A DNA stretch of 32,681 nucleotides from Candidatus Nomurabacteria bacterium RIFCSPLOWO2_12_FULL_46_14 (lineage in GTDB: Bacteria; Patescibacteriota; Minisyncoccia; Phycocordibacterales; UBA9973): contig MFVV01000033.1 in NCBI GenBank assembly GCA_001786225.1, forward strand, positions 3,336 through 36,016, given 5' to 3'. The position numbers and the translations under genes are program-made. Positions within the stretch are counted from its first letter, which is position 1, and each line of letters begins with the position of its first letter. Under the pieces are notes generated by a model. That model saw only the letters and a list, made by a program, of their open reading frames with translations. It was not told the DNA's origin and searched no databases. Below are positions 21,911-29,735 of the stretch, piece by piece.

Positions 21911-23230
21911 TTCTAACTCCAGTTTCCAGAGATAAGAATCTTTTTTGTTGACCAAAAATAGCAGATTCTCGCCGTTCCCCAAGGCAAGCTTTACGCCATC
22001 AATTTTTGCCACCAAACTCAAATCGGCTATCAGACTGGTGTTGCCGGTTTCCACCTCCACCTTCCAGATTTCGTCCGAAAAAGAAACCTCTCCCTGGTAC
22101 CAGGTGTCGGGATAAGTGAAGCCGGTGGCTGACTTCGGCGCCGCGCAATACAGAATTTCACTCCCTCGACCCCAAACGCATTTCTCCGCCAGGGTTTGAA
22201 TGCCTAAAGCGGTGGATTCCCGGCTTTCAATTCTATAGACATTAAGCCTCAGGTTGCTGTTGCTCCAAAGAATCATTTTGCCGTCCGGACTTGCAAGAGT
22301 GGTCAGGCCGTTTATGTCGCCGAAAATCCGGCTGAAGTTTTTTGTGTCGGGGTTGAGCGCGTAAACATGGCCCGCCGTGGCGTAAGAGGGCTTGGTGGCG
22401 AGGGTAATCATCTTGGCGCTTGGCCAATATGATGTCCATTCGGTAAAGGGGGAATCAAACACTACGGTTTTCTTGCCGGTTTTGAGGTCCATTACTGTGC
22501 CGACTACTCCATCTCCGGCCGGAGTCAGATAAAATATTTTCGTGGCGTCAGGCGAGAGGCTCAAATCCGAAATATTCTCCGACAAGAAGCTCCCCCGGAC
22601 CTCGTTTTTTTCCAAAGAATCTCCACCCAAAACTTCTTTAGGCAGATTGCCCAAAAATGTTTGGATAGTCTTCTCGTCGCTCTTGAGATAGCGCATAACA
22701 ACCACCTCGCCCTTCAAGCCAAAATGCGCTTCGTAAACTTTCGGGATAAGGGTATCGGTGAACTTGCGCTCCGCTATTTGGTCCACAAACGTCTGGTAAA
22801 TGTTGCCGGTGGCCCGGTCCACATATCTTAAAGCGGGGGCGAATTCCGTGGGGAGCGAAATTGGGTTTTTGGGTAGAGAAGGAGTAGCGCCCCCTTCCTC
22901 TCCTTGGGAGAGGGCCGGGGTGAGGTTAATTTCTTTGTATCTTTCTTTAAGGAATAGAGTATAACCGGCTACCGGAACGTTTGAGACTCTAGTTAACTTT
23001 TTAGCCGCCTCGGATAGTTCGTCGGGTTCGTAGCCGGATATATCTTCCGGCGGGGTCGTTGCGGTGGGTTTAGACGAGCTTTGGCCGAAAGGATTGAAGT
23101 CGGAGAAGAAATTGGTGCCGCCCTCATTTGGAATAGTCGTGGCTGGCTCCCGGAAATACAAGTAGGCGAAAAATCCAGCCGTCAGAATGACCAGAATGAT
23201 AACTATTAAAATCAAATTTCTTCGGGACAT
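21908..23230 (-). CDS. membrane-anchored beta-propeller-like protein (TolB/PD40-like repeats), last gene of the secretion operon
   Basis: The ATG at 23230 was chosen because the ORF-track start at 23254 is a TTG. TM anchor LILIVIILVILTAGFFAYLYF. Repeated LSPDATKIFYLTP / ASPDGKMILWSNS motifs are typical of PD40-type blades. Confidence 0.65.
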   Translation of the reverse strand: MSRRNLILIVIILVILTAGFFAYLYFREPATTIPNEGGTNFFSDFNPFGQSSSKPTATTPPEDISGYEPDELSEAAKKLTRVSNVPVAGYTLFLKERYKEINLTPALSQGEEGGATPSLPKNPISLPTEFAPALRYVDRATGNIYQTFVDQIAERKFTDTLIPKVYEAHFGLKGEVVVMRYLKSDEKTIQTFLGNLPKEVLGGDSLEKNEVRGSFLSENISDLSLSPDATKIFYLTPAGDGVVGTVMDLKTGKKTVVFDSPFTEWTSYWPSAKMITLATKPSYATAGHVYALNPDTKNFSRIFGDINGLTTLASPDGKMILWSNSNLRLNVYRIESRESTALGIQTLAEKCVWGRGSEILYCAAPKSATGFTYPDTWYQGEVSFSDEIWKVEVETGNTSLIADLSLVAKIDGVKLALGNGENLLFLVNKKDSYLWKLELE

Positions 23231-23235
23231 GAATT

Positions 23236-24201
23236 TTATGATTGCACATGCCAATGGTCGCCTTCGTCAAAAAACAGCATACCGTCTTTCCTATACCAGT
23301 TTTCCTTCAACTTCTCGCCGCTTCGGATATACTGATTTAGCGCGGGAGTCCCGGTATTTCGTAAATCCACCGTGGGACTTCCTGGCCGGTGGGAAGTATT
23401 GCCGGAGGGGCCGCCATGTAGCCAGAACTCTGTGCCGCCCGTTAAGGTTAACTCACAAGTCGGACAATTGCTACGAATCATGTTAATATATGCCAAACTA
23501 AGACCCCTGGTGGAAGTGCAGTTACTGTCCCCAATATTTCGGCATTCATTATTTTTTTTGCCTATAGGTAAAGGAACTTGTGCTTGGCCAGAGGCCACAG
23601 CCCAATCATCCCCGCGCTTCATGCCGTTTTTGTATCTGCCTTGGGCGTCAGTGGTTTGAGGAATATCGTCGTCTATGACAACTTCAATTGTTTGCTTTTT
23701 TATTTTAACATCCGTTTCCAAGAGGTCGGGATTGATGGTAAAGAGTATGGTGTAAGCTCCGAGAGCGAGCAATAGGCCGAAAATCGCGTTGCGGATCCGC
23801 TCCTTGGCGTGCTCCTTGCTGGAGATAAGCTCACTGGTCATATATTCCAAGCCTCCGGCCACAATCATAACCATAGCGAGCACCGCACAGACGCCAATGA
23901 ATATTTTTATCATTAGGTTTAAGTATCGGCCTATGGAGTTAGGATTGGCCGGGTCATCTGCCGGGTTGAACCTTATGTATTCCCCTCCCACACAGTTCGG
24001 GTCCGCGGTGTCGGTGCACGGCAAGGGCTCCAGAAAATTATACCTTCGGTCTTGGCACGGAGGATTTAACTCATTTCCAAGCGGCCCGAAACGGCAATCT
24101 TCGTTCGGATCTTCTGCCGAGGCGCTGACCCCGAAGATGGGTGTAAATATCAAAACGCACAAGAGAAATGGAAATATATATTTTAATAATTTATTTTTCA
24201 T
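23236..24201 (-). CDS. T4SS-pilin-like (VirB2/TrbC-type two-TM module) protein fused to a C-terminal LAS/M15-like zinc peptidase domain
   Basis: Signal peptide ending VSASA, then a Cys-rich stretch. The pilin-like core is IGVCAVLAMVMIVAGGLEYMTS...AKERIRNAIFGLLLALGAYTILF. The C-terminal domain has SHRPGSPTVDL (an H-x7-D motif) and a terminal DHWHV (HxH), as in Hedgehog/DD-peptidase-fold cell-wall hydrolases. The ATG at 24201 shares 1 nt with the upstream TGA (TGATG). Confidence 0.6.
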   Translation of the reverse strand: MKNKLLKYIFPFLLCVLIFTPIFGVSASAEDPNEDCRFGPLGNELNPPCQDRRYNFLEPLPCTDTADPNCVGGEYIRFNPADDPANPNSIGRYLNLMIKIFIGVCAVLAMVMIVAGGLEYMTSELISSKEHAKERIRNAIFGLLLALGAYTILFTINPDLLETDVKIKKQTIEVVIDDDIPQTTDAQGRYKNGMKRGDDWAVASGQAQVPLPIGKKNNECRNIGDSNCTSTRGLSLAYINMIRSNCPTCELTLTGGTEFWLHGGPSGNTSHRPGSPTVDLRNTGTPALNQYIRSGEKLKENWYRKDGMLFFDEGDHWHVQS

Positions 24202-25187
24202 CAAAATTGAATAAGCATTTCTTTAGTAATCGGCCGGACGATTTGCTCCCGGTTGTCTATGGTAAGCGAAAGGCGGGACACACCCGAAGAATTTTCTGCC
24301 GCTTTAAGCGGGATAACATTTTTGCGATAGTCTGCGCTCCCCGCCCTCTGGTTATTTATAGACCAGCCAAAGGTCAGTTCTGGCCGGCGGATATCTCGGG
24401 GTGAAATGAAATACGGCGCCGCCAGGATTGTTGCCTCTTCTAGAATGGCGTAATTGTCCGGGAGCGCTCCATCCCAGAGCACACCCAAAGCGCTGTCTAT
24501 TTTATAAAACAATATCTTGGGCGTAAACACGCTTACTCCGACACTGCCTTCGATAGAATATTTCTGGTCGGTGGTGGAAGCGACCACCGATACCGCGCTT
24601 GTGTCTTCCAAATAATCATCCACATAGGTGAAAGAATTCTTGCCATAGCCTGAATCCGCCGCCTGATTGGTGTAATTCTTTTTCCAGGTATAAATCATAT
24701 TTTTGGGATTGACTATCGCGTTCCCCGCCTTTATCTCCGGCATAGCCACAATCTTGATTCCACTCCCAGACATAGGCAAGGCCTTGCCTTTGTAAAAAGG
24801 CGGGACATAAGAGTCGGTAGCTTGCCAGAGGAGGGTCATAATCGCGGGCCGGATGGCCACCCTCTTTTCTATTTGTCCGTCCGGCAGGTAAATCCTCGCT
24901 TCTATCTTGGTTTCAGTGTTAGCGGCTTTGGCCGTGACGGAGAAAGATTTTTTGCCTATTCCGGAGAGAGTCGTTTTGCCGTCCACTAGCCAGTCTATTT
25001 TTACAGTATCCAGATTAGATAAGAAGCTCCCAAGAGTAATGGTTACGTTCTCATACGGTGCTGGGTTCGACGGGGCTACATCTATGAAGATGCTAGTGGA
25101 ATCCACAGCCAGCGCCACCCCACCCCATGCCGTGGCAGACATAATAAAGGCGCCCAGAATAAAAAGTTTCAATCGCATATTGTTCAT
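24201..25187 (-). CDS. secreted beta-rich protein of unknown family
   Basis: 328 aa. Signal/TM LKLFILGAFIMSATAWGGVALA. The rest has alternating beta-strand-like composition in about three Ig-sized modules. No motif recognised. Confidence 0.6.
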   Translation of the reverse strand: MNNMRLKLFILGAFIMSATAWGGVALAVDSTSIFIDVAPSNPAPYENVTITLGSFLSNLDTVKIDWLVDGKTTLSGIGKKSFSVTAKAANTETKIEARIYLPDGQIEKRVAIRPAIMTLLWQATDSYVPPFYKGKALPMSGSGIKIVAMPEIKAGNAIVNPKNMIYTWKKNYTNQAADSGYGKNSFTYVDDYLEDTSAVSVVASTTDQKYSIEGSVGVSVFTPKILFYKIDSALGVLWDGALPDNYAILEEATILAAPYFISPRDIRRPELTFGWSINNQRAGSADYRKNVIPLKAAENSSGVSRLSLTIDNREQIVRPITKEMLIQF

Positions 25188-25203
25188 ATTGTATCATTTG
25201 CTA

Positions 25204-25231
25204 GCGCCTAAAGCCTAGCGCCTAACGCCTA
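25204..25231. repeat. four tandem heptamers NCGCCTA (minus strand TAGGCGN)
   Basis: gcgccta aagccta gcgccta acgccta, with a degenerate fifth unit at 25197..25203. The last unit supplies the VirB4 TAG stop. Confidence 0.8.
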
Positions 25232-27076
25232 TTTCCCCGCCGCTTCCAATTCCGCCTTGGCTTTTCTGATGGATAAAATCTGGGATGGGTCGGAAGTGAT
25301 TATCTGGTCTTCGGTGTAAGAAGCGATTACTTTGATGGCCACGTGCTTGAGCCCCGCGAAAAATATGCCTTCACCCAAGCCGGACTCCAGCAGAAGATAT
25401 TTTTCTTCATCCGTCAGGTGGAAGGTCTCCTTAACCACGTCAATGGCGGTGGGCGACTGGCCCAAGAGTAGGACAATAGAAGAATTGTGGACTATGGGCT
25501 CGCCGTATTCCGACTTCATGAAGTCTCCCGTGTCTTGGGTAATGGTGGCGAGCCCCAGATAATATTTGCGGCCGCGCTTGGCCATAGAGTAAAGAAAGGA
25601 GGCGGTATCCTCGGACTTCATCATCCACCAGGCCTCGTCTATCACCAAGAGGCGCTTCTTCAGGTTTTTGCGGATGGCGTTCCAGATATAGTTCATTACT
25701 ATGTACATAGCTACCGGTTTCAATTCGTCTTCCATATCCCGGACGGAAAAGACGATGAATTTTTTATTGATGTCCACATTGGACGGCTTGTTGAGAAAAG
25801 TTGACCAAGTGCCACGGGTGTACTTTTTCAGCCGTTCTACCACCGAATCACTGCCGTCCATGCCCGCCAGCACCATCTCAAAGTCGGAGAGCAACGGCGG
25901 TTCAATGTTCCCGAAATCCGAATTCGGGGTTATATCTTTGATGGCGTAGGTTTCGGTAATCGCTCGGTCCACCATGGTGTCTTCTTCCGGAGTGAGCCCC
26001 CCGAGCATCAGGCGGAAAAGTTTCACCAGGTTGATGGTGTTGGAACGGAGAACGTCTTCCGCCGTTTCGTCTTCTCGGGGGAGCGGCAGGTCAAAAGGAT
26101 TAATGTGGTGGTCGGAGGAGAGGGAGATGTTGAAGTACCGCCCGCCCACCGCCTCCGCCAGATATTCGTATTCCCGCTCCGGGTCTATGACGATGACATC
26201 CACGTCAAACATCAAAGACCTTAAAATTTCTAATTTTGTGGCATAGGATTTTCCTGAACCAGATTTGGCAAATGTTACGGAGTTATAATTTTCCAGGGAA
26301 AATCTGTCAAAAATGACTAAGCTGGAATTATGCCGGTTGACCCCGTAGAGTATCCCCTTGTCCGAAGTCAGGTCAAAGGAAATGAAAGGGAAAATGCTAG
26401 AGAGCGGCTCGGAGTTAAGTTTCTGGTGAATGCCGAGCAAGTCACTGCCGATGGGGATGACGCTCTTGAAACCCTCCTCTTGCTGGAAGAGAGCGGGTTT
26501 AATGTAGATTAGTTTTGATTCCAAAATAGATTTTATCTCGTTTTCAATTTTAAAAAGCTCCATCTCATTGTCTGCGTAGACGGTGATGTAGACGCCGACG
26601 TCAAACATCTTCTCCTGGGCCTGCATTAGGCTGTCGCGGAGGCCCTCTAGGTCTTGATAGGCAGTGTCTAGCATGGGGTCGCGCACCATGCCTCTGGTCT
26701 CCCGCACATTTATCTGGCTTTGGACTTCGGCTACTTTCTTTTGAAATTGGCGCAGCGCGAGCGAGGTGTCTATGGGATGGATAAAAATGGAAACATCAAA
26801 AATTTTATCCAGATTGATGATGGGCGAGAACCAGTTGTCGGAGAGGAATCTGGGGTAGGAAATTATGAAAAAGGTGCGGGCAATTTTCTCCCCCAGGTTT
26901 ATGGCCTTGGGCTCTATCTTGAGGGCCGAGGGCGCGACCACATCCTGGAGTTCCAGATTGGCCGCCTCGTAAATATCCTCCGGCAAGACGGCCACGGTGG
27001 AGGCCTTGAGCCCTGTTCCCGCGCGTCCCATTATGCTCCCGCCATTTTTCCCTAAAATTTTATCTAAGAATGACAT
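25229..27076 (-). CDS. virB4: VirB4/TrbE/PrgJ-family type IV secretion ATPase
   Basis: 615 aa. Walker A FAKSGSGKSYATK. Walker B KKRLLVIDEAWWMM. Downstream GRKYYLGLATITQ. The N-terminal domain IARTFFIISYPRFLSDNWFSPII is of the Gram-positive VirB4 type. Confidence 0.85.
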   Translation of the reverse strand: MSFLDKILGKNGGSIMGRAGTGLKASTVAVLPEDIYEAANLELQDVVAPSALKIEPKAINLGEKIARTFFIISYPRFLSDNWFSPIINLDKIFDVSIFIHPIDTSLALRQFQKKVAEVQSQINVRETRGMVRDPMLDTAYQDLEGLRDSLMQAQEKMFDVGVYITVYADNEMELFKIENEIKSILESKLIYIKPALFQQEEGFKSVIPIGSDLLGIHQKLNSEPLSSIFPFISFDLTSDKGILYGVNRHNSSLVIFDRFSLENYNSVTFAKSGSGKSYATKLEILRSLMFDVDVIVIDPEREYEYLAEAVGGRYFNISLSSDHHINPFDLPLPREDETAEDVLRSNTINLVKLFRLMLGGLTPEEDTMVDRAITETYAIKDITPNSDFGNIEPPLLSDFEMVLAGMDGSDSVVERLKKYTRGTWSTFLNKPSNVDINKKFIVFSVRDMEDELKPVAMYIVMNYIWNAIRKNLKKRLLVIDEAWWMMKSEDTASFLYSMAKRGRKYYLGLATITQDTGDFMKSEYGEPIVHNSSIVLLLGQSPTAIDVVKETFHLTDEEKYLLLESGLGEGIFFAGLKHVAIKVIASYTEDQIITSDPSQILSIRKAKAELEAAGK

Positions 27077-27082
27077 GGGGTT

Positions 27083-27129
27083 AGTTATAAAGTTATAAAG
27101 TAGAAAGTTATAAAGTTCATAAAGTTTGG
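27083..27129. repeat. six tandem 7-9-nt units, consensus AGTTATAA (minus strand TTATAACT, containing the -10-like TATAAC)
   Basis: agttataa agttataa agtagaa agttataa agttcataa agtttgg. It spans the stop of the 27117 gene and ends 7 nt before the virB4 ATG. Confidence 0.8.
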
Positions 27130-27776
27130 CTGGAACTTTGTTCCAGCTGTATCTTCCCTTCTAATTCTCCGGGGTTGAAAACTTTGTAAAAAACCTCCAC
27201 TACCGCCTCCGTGTCCAGCTGTTTAGAATTGATGCCGCAACGAGAGAGCCCTTGCTGGATGACGCTGACTCTCTGCTCCAGTTGGGACCTTTTTTCTTCA
27301 AAATTCAATTGCTCCGCCGCCAGTCTCTCCTTCTTGTTTTTTCGGCTGAAAATATTGTCCAGAATATTACTTCCACCTCCGAGTCGGGTGTGAGTATAGG
27401 GCACGACGATAAAAAAGCTTTTGGTCATAATGTTGACGCTCTCCGTAAAACTGCGGATGAACTCCATATATTCCGCCGTCTGAAGCTTGAGCAGGGGTTC
27501 GCTCTGGACCTTCATCCGGTTCTCCAGGAGGAGGAGATACGGCCGGATATCCAGCCGCCGGGACTGCACGGATATCTGAATGGGGAAATCCAAAGTGTTC
27601 AGAAAGCTCTGAAATTGCAAAATCGTGGCGTTCTGCTCGTCACCCGATTTCAGCGATAGATTAACGGAATTGGCGAGAACAATCGCCCGGAGCTCGCCGT
27701 CTTTGAGCGCGATTATACCATCGCGGACTTCCTTGATGGGGACGAACTCTTGAGTTGCTTTTGCGTTTAAGACCAT
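27117..27776 (-). CDS. 219-aa cytoplasmic protein resembling a VirB4 N-terminal domain without any NTPase motif (hypothetical)
   Basis: The ATG at 27776 lies 4 nt after the upstream stop; the ORF-track start at 27821 would overlap. QEFVPIKEVRDGIIALKDGELRAIVLANSVNLSLKSGDEQNATILQFQSFLNTLDFPIQISVQS follows the pattern seen at VirB4 N-termini. No Walker motifs. Confidence 0.55.
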   Translation of the reverse strand: MVLNAKATQEFVPIKEVRDGIIALKDGELRAIVLANSVNLSLKSGDEQNATILQFQSFLNTLDFPIQISVQSRRLDIRPYLLLLENRMKVQSEPLLKLQTAEYMEFIRSFTESVNIMTKSFFIVVPYTHTRLGGGSNILDNIFSRKNKKERLAAEQLNFEEKRSQLEQRVSVIQQGLSRCGINSKQLDTEAVVEVFYKVFNPGELEGKIQLEQSSSQTL

Positions 27777-27780
27777 AAAA

Positions 27781-28215
27781 TTATTTATTATCAGTTTTTT
27801 GTTTCTGTAAATCCAGTACATCCAAACTCCAGGCCAGGTCGCGCAACCGGCTTTGGCCCAGTCTCATCGGACTCTCGCTTAGGGCCGCAATTTTAGACAT
27901 TTCCGCCTGGGTAGCCACCTGTTTCATTTTTTTAACCTTTCTTCTCTGCCAGATGTATAATTTTTTGCCCAAGAAATATTTAAAGCCGGCCTCCAGCATA
28001 TTAATAAAGGGCTTGTTGTTCGGGCGGTAAAAGGTCAGAGCCAGAGTCAAGCCAGCAATGATGGCTATCGGCAGTATGCCCAACATCAACCCCAGTAATT
28101 TATAGAGGGTGAAGGACATCCCCGCTCCGCCGGCCAGATAAGCGAATTGCCGGAAGGTAAACGGCCCAAAAATCTTGTCTTCTATGTCCAAAAATTGTGG
28201 AACCTTGAATTGCAT
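27781..28215 (-). CDS. PrgI-family (VirB3-like) type IV secretion membrane protein
   Basis: MQFKVPQFLDIEDKIFGPFTFRQFAYLAGGAGMSFTLY, followed by a second TM helix. This is the characteristic PrgI/VirB3-like N-terminus (VPxFxxxExKIxGxxTxRQ). Confidence 0.7.
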   Translation of the reverse strand: MQFKVPQFLDIEDKIFGPFTFRQFAYLAGGAGMSFTLYKLLGLMLGILPIAIIAGLTLALTFYRPNNKPFINMLEAGFKYFLGKKLYIWQRRKVKKMKQVATQAEMSKIAALSESPMRLGQSRLRDLAWSLDVLDLQKQKTDNK

Positions 28216-28226
28216 CCCGTTAAAGC

Positions 28227-28499
28227 TTAATTAGAATCTTCTTTTAAAATCCCCTGCGCGATATATTTCTTTATAAGCGACTGATATGGCATATCTATTT
28301 CATTTGCACGCTCTTTTACTCTGGCCAATATATGTGACGGCAGGCGCAGAGAAATAGGCTGGGAGGAGGGTTTTAGAGTCGGAAATGAAATTCTCTTAAA
28401 ATCGGAAGGTTCGAAGTTCTTGGCAAGATTAAACTTTCCCCAGAAATCCCGTTCTTTGTTTTCGTCTTTAAACTTTTGAATTTTTATTTTTTTCCTCAT
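28227..28499 (-). CDS. brnA: BrnA-like antitoxin (CopG/RHH-type C-terminus)
   Basis: 90 aa. ISLRLPSHILARVKERANEIDMPYQSLIKKYI is the BrnA pattern. It overlaps the upstream toxin gene by 32 nt. Confidence 0.7.
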   Translation of the reverse strand: MRKKIKIQKFKDENKERDFWGKFNLAKNFEPSDFKRISFPTLKPSSQPISLRLPSHILARVKERANEIDMPYQSLIKKYIAQGILKEDSN

Positions 28500-28806
28500 A
28501 TAATTTATATTCTTTTTGGTTTAGGTCTCTAGCCGAGATGATTCTTACTTTATCTTTCCGAATCGTAAACACTAAGAATAAGAGCCGCTTCTTCTTCGTT
28601 CGACCAATCAAAAGATAGCGTTTTTCTTTTCCGGAATGAAGAGCATCCTTCAATATTTTTTTATTATAATCAAAGAAAACTTCTTCACATTCCTCATCTT
28701 TTACTTTATGCTTCTGATTTTTGCCTTTATTCCCGGAATCCCACTCAAAGCCCGTAAGTTTTTCGAAGTTTTTCCCTGTTTCTATTGTAGCGTCAGACAT
28801 ATACAT
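28468..28806 (-). CDS. brnT: BrnT-family (DUF497) ribonuclease toxin
   Basis: FEWDSGNKGKNQKHKVKDEECEEVFFD...HSGKEKRYLLIGRT...VRIISARDLNQKEYKLY matches DUF497 (feWD..K...N..KH.v...E...vF ... E.R ... iRiISAR). The ORF-track start at 28812 is a TTG; ATGs occur at 28806 and 28800. Confidence 0.75.
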   Translation of the reverse strand: MYMSDATIETGKNFEKLTGFEWDSGNKGKNQKHKVKDEECEEVFFDYNKKILKDALHSGKEKRYLLIGRTKKKRLLFLVFTIRKDKVRIISARDLNQKEYKLYEEKNKNSKV

Positions 28807-28822
28807 TGTCAAGCAGTTTACA

Positions 28823-29734
28823 TTATTCTATTGGTTCTCGGTAAGGATCGACTTTTGGTTTTTCTTTCGTGCTAGGCGGTAGCGGCGCGCTGGTGGGGGT
28901 CAGATTTTCCAATGTGTGTTCGGTTTTCTTAGTCTCCGTTTTTGTCGGCTCGGTGAATTTTCTGGCAAGCTCCGGGTAAACTGGTCCGGCCAACAATTCT
29001 TGGTCGTCCAAGACCGGGTCGGTCAAAACCTCTATCCCGGCTCGCTTTAAGACTTCATGCTCTTCTCGTTCTAAATTCACAGGTTTATCCAAGTTATAGC
29101 GAATGAGCATTTTTGCTCGGATATCCTTAAGTATTTTCTCGTTCACTTCGCCAGCTAATGCTGTTACTTTTTCTTCCGGCAAATCCAGACTTGCTTTAAG
29201 CACACCTTCAAACTTGTGTGGCGGAATAATATCCAGTATGACTTGAGTCATGGCTGTTTCCAATTCTCCCAATTGCGCCGTGGTCAGTTTGTGTGTTGTG
29301 GCAATAGCATACAATTTAGCTTGAAAATTTGAAGCTAGAATGGCGTTTTGCACCTCCGGAGCTAATTTTCCAAAGCGTTCATCCAGACCGGTTTCCACTT
29401 CCTCTGTGTCTGGTGTATTATAAACTTTCTTCAATTTTTCTTTTATACCACTTAGTATTTCACGGTCAATATCTGTTATAATATTATCTATTCTCAAGCC
29501 GTTTATTTTTGAATGATTTATCAATCCATCTGCAAGTTCATCGGGATGAACCAAACCAAGCACTACCAAAACCACTTCTCTTTGAAGTATCTCAAGTTGT
29601 TCTGCGTTTAGTCCATTTTTCACCCCCATACTTGTTATTTTTTCCCCCAATTTAGGGTCAGCAACAATTTTCCTTATTTCAATGGGTAATTTTCTAATCT
29701 GTCTTTTAATTATTTCTTCTACTTCTGGGTCCAT
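28823..29734 (-). CDS. hypothetical protein built from two copies of an about 100-aa helical domain plus a Pro-rich tail
   Basis: Residues about 15-100 (LPIEIRKIVADPKLGEKI...AEQLEILQREVVLVVLGLVHPDELADGL...IDREILSGIKEKL) align with residues about 125-212 (LAPEVQNAILASNFQAKL...TAQLGELETAMTQVILDIIPPHKFEGVL...VNEKILKDIRAKM). The tail ends KVDPYREPIE. Confidence 0.65.
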   Translation of the reverse strand: MDPEVEEIIKRQIRKLPIEIRKIVADPKLGEKITSMGVKNGLNAEQLEILQREVVLVVLGLVHPDELADGLINHSKINGLRIDNIITDIDREILSGIKEKLKKVYNTPDTEEVETGLDERFGKLAPEVQNAILASNFQAKLYAIATTHKLTTAQLGELETAMTQVILDIIPPHKFEGVLKASLDLPEEKVTALAGEVNEKILKDIRAKMLIRYNLDKPVNLEREEHEVLKRAGIEVLTDPVLDDQELLAGPVYPELARKFTEPTKTETKKTEHTLENLTPTSAPLPPSTKEKPKVDPYREPIE

Positions 29735-29735
29735 A

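Noticed and set aside
23231-24204. ORF-track starts at 23254 and 24204 (also 28812, and the M at 32667)
   Set aside because: These are TTG/GTG codons (32667 is a GTG inside an open frame). ATG codons a few codons downstream remove overlaps with upstream genes and begin directly at signal/TM segments.
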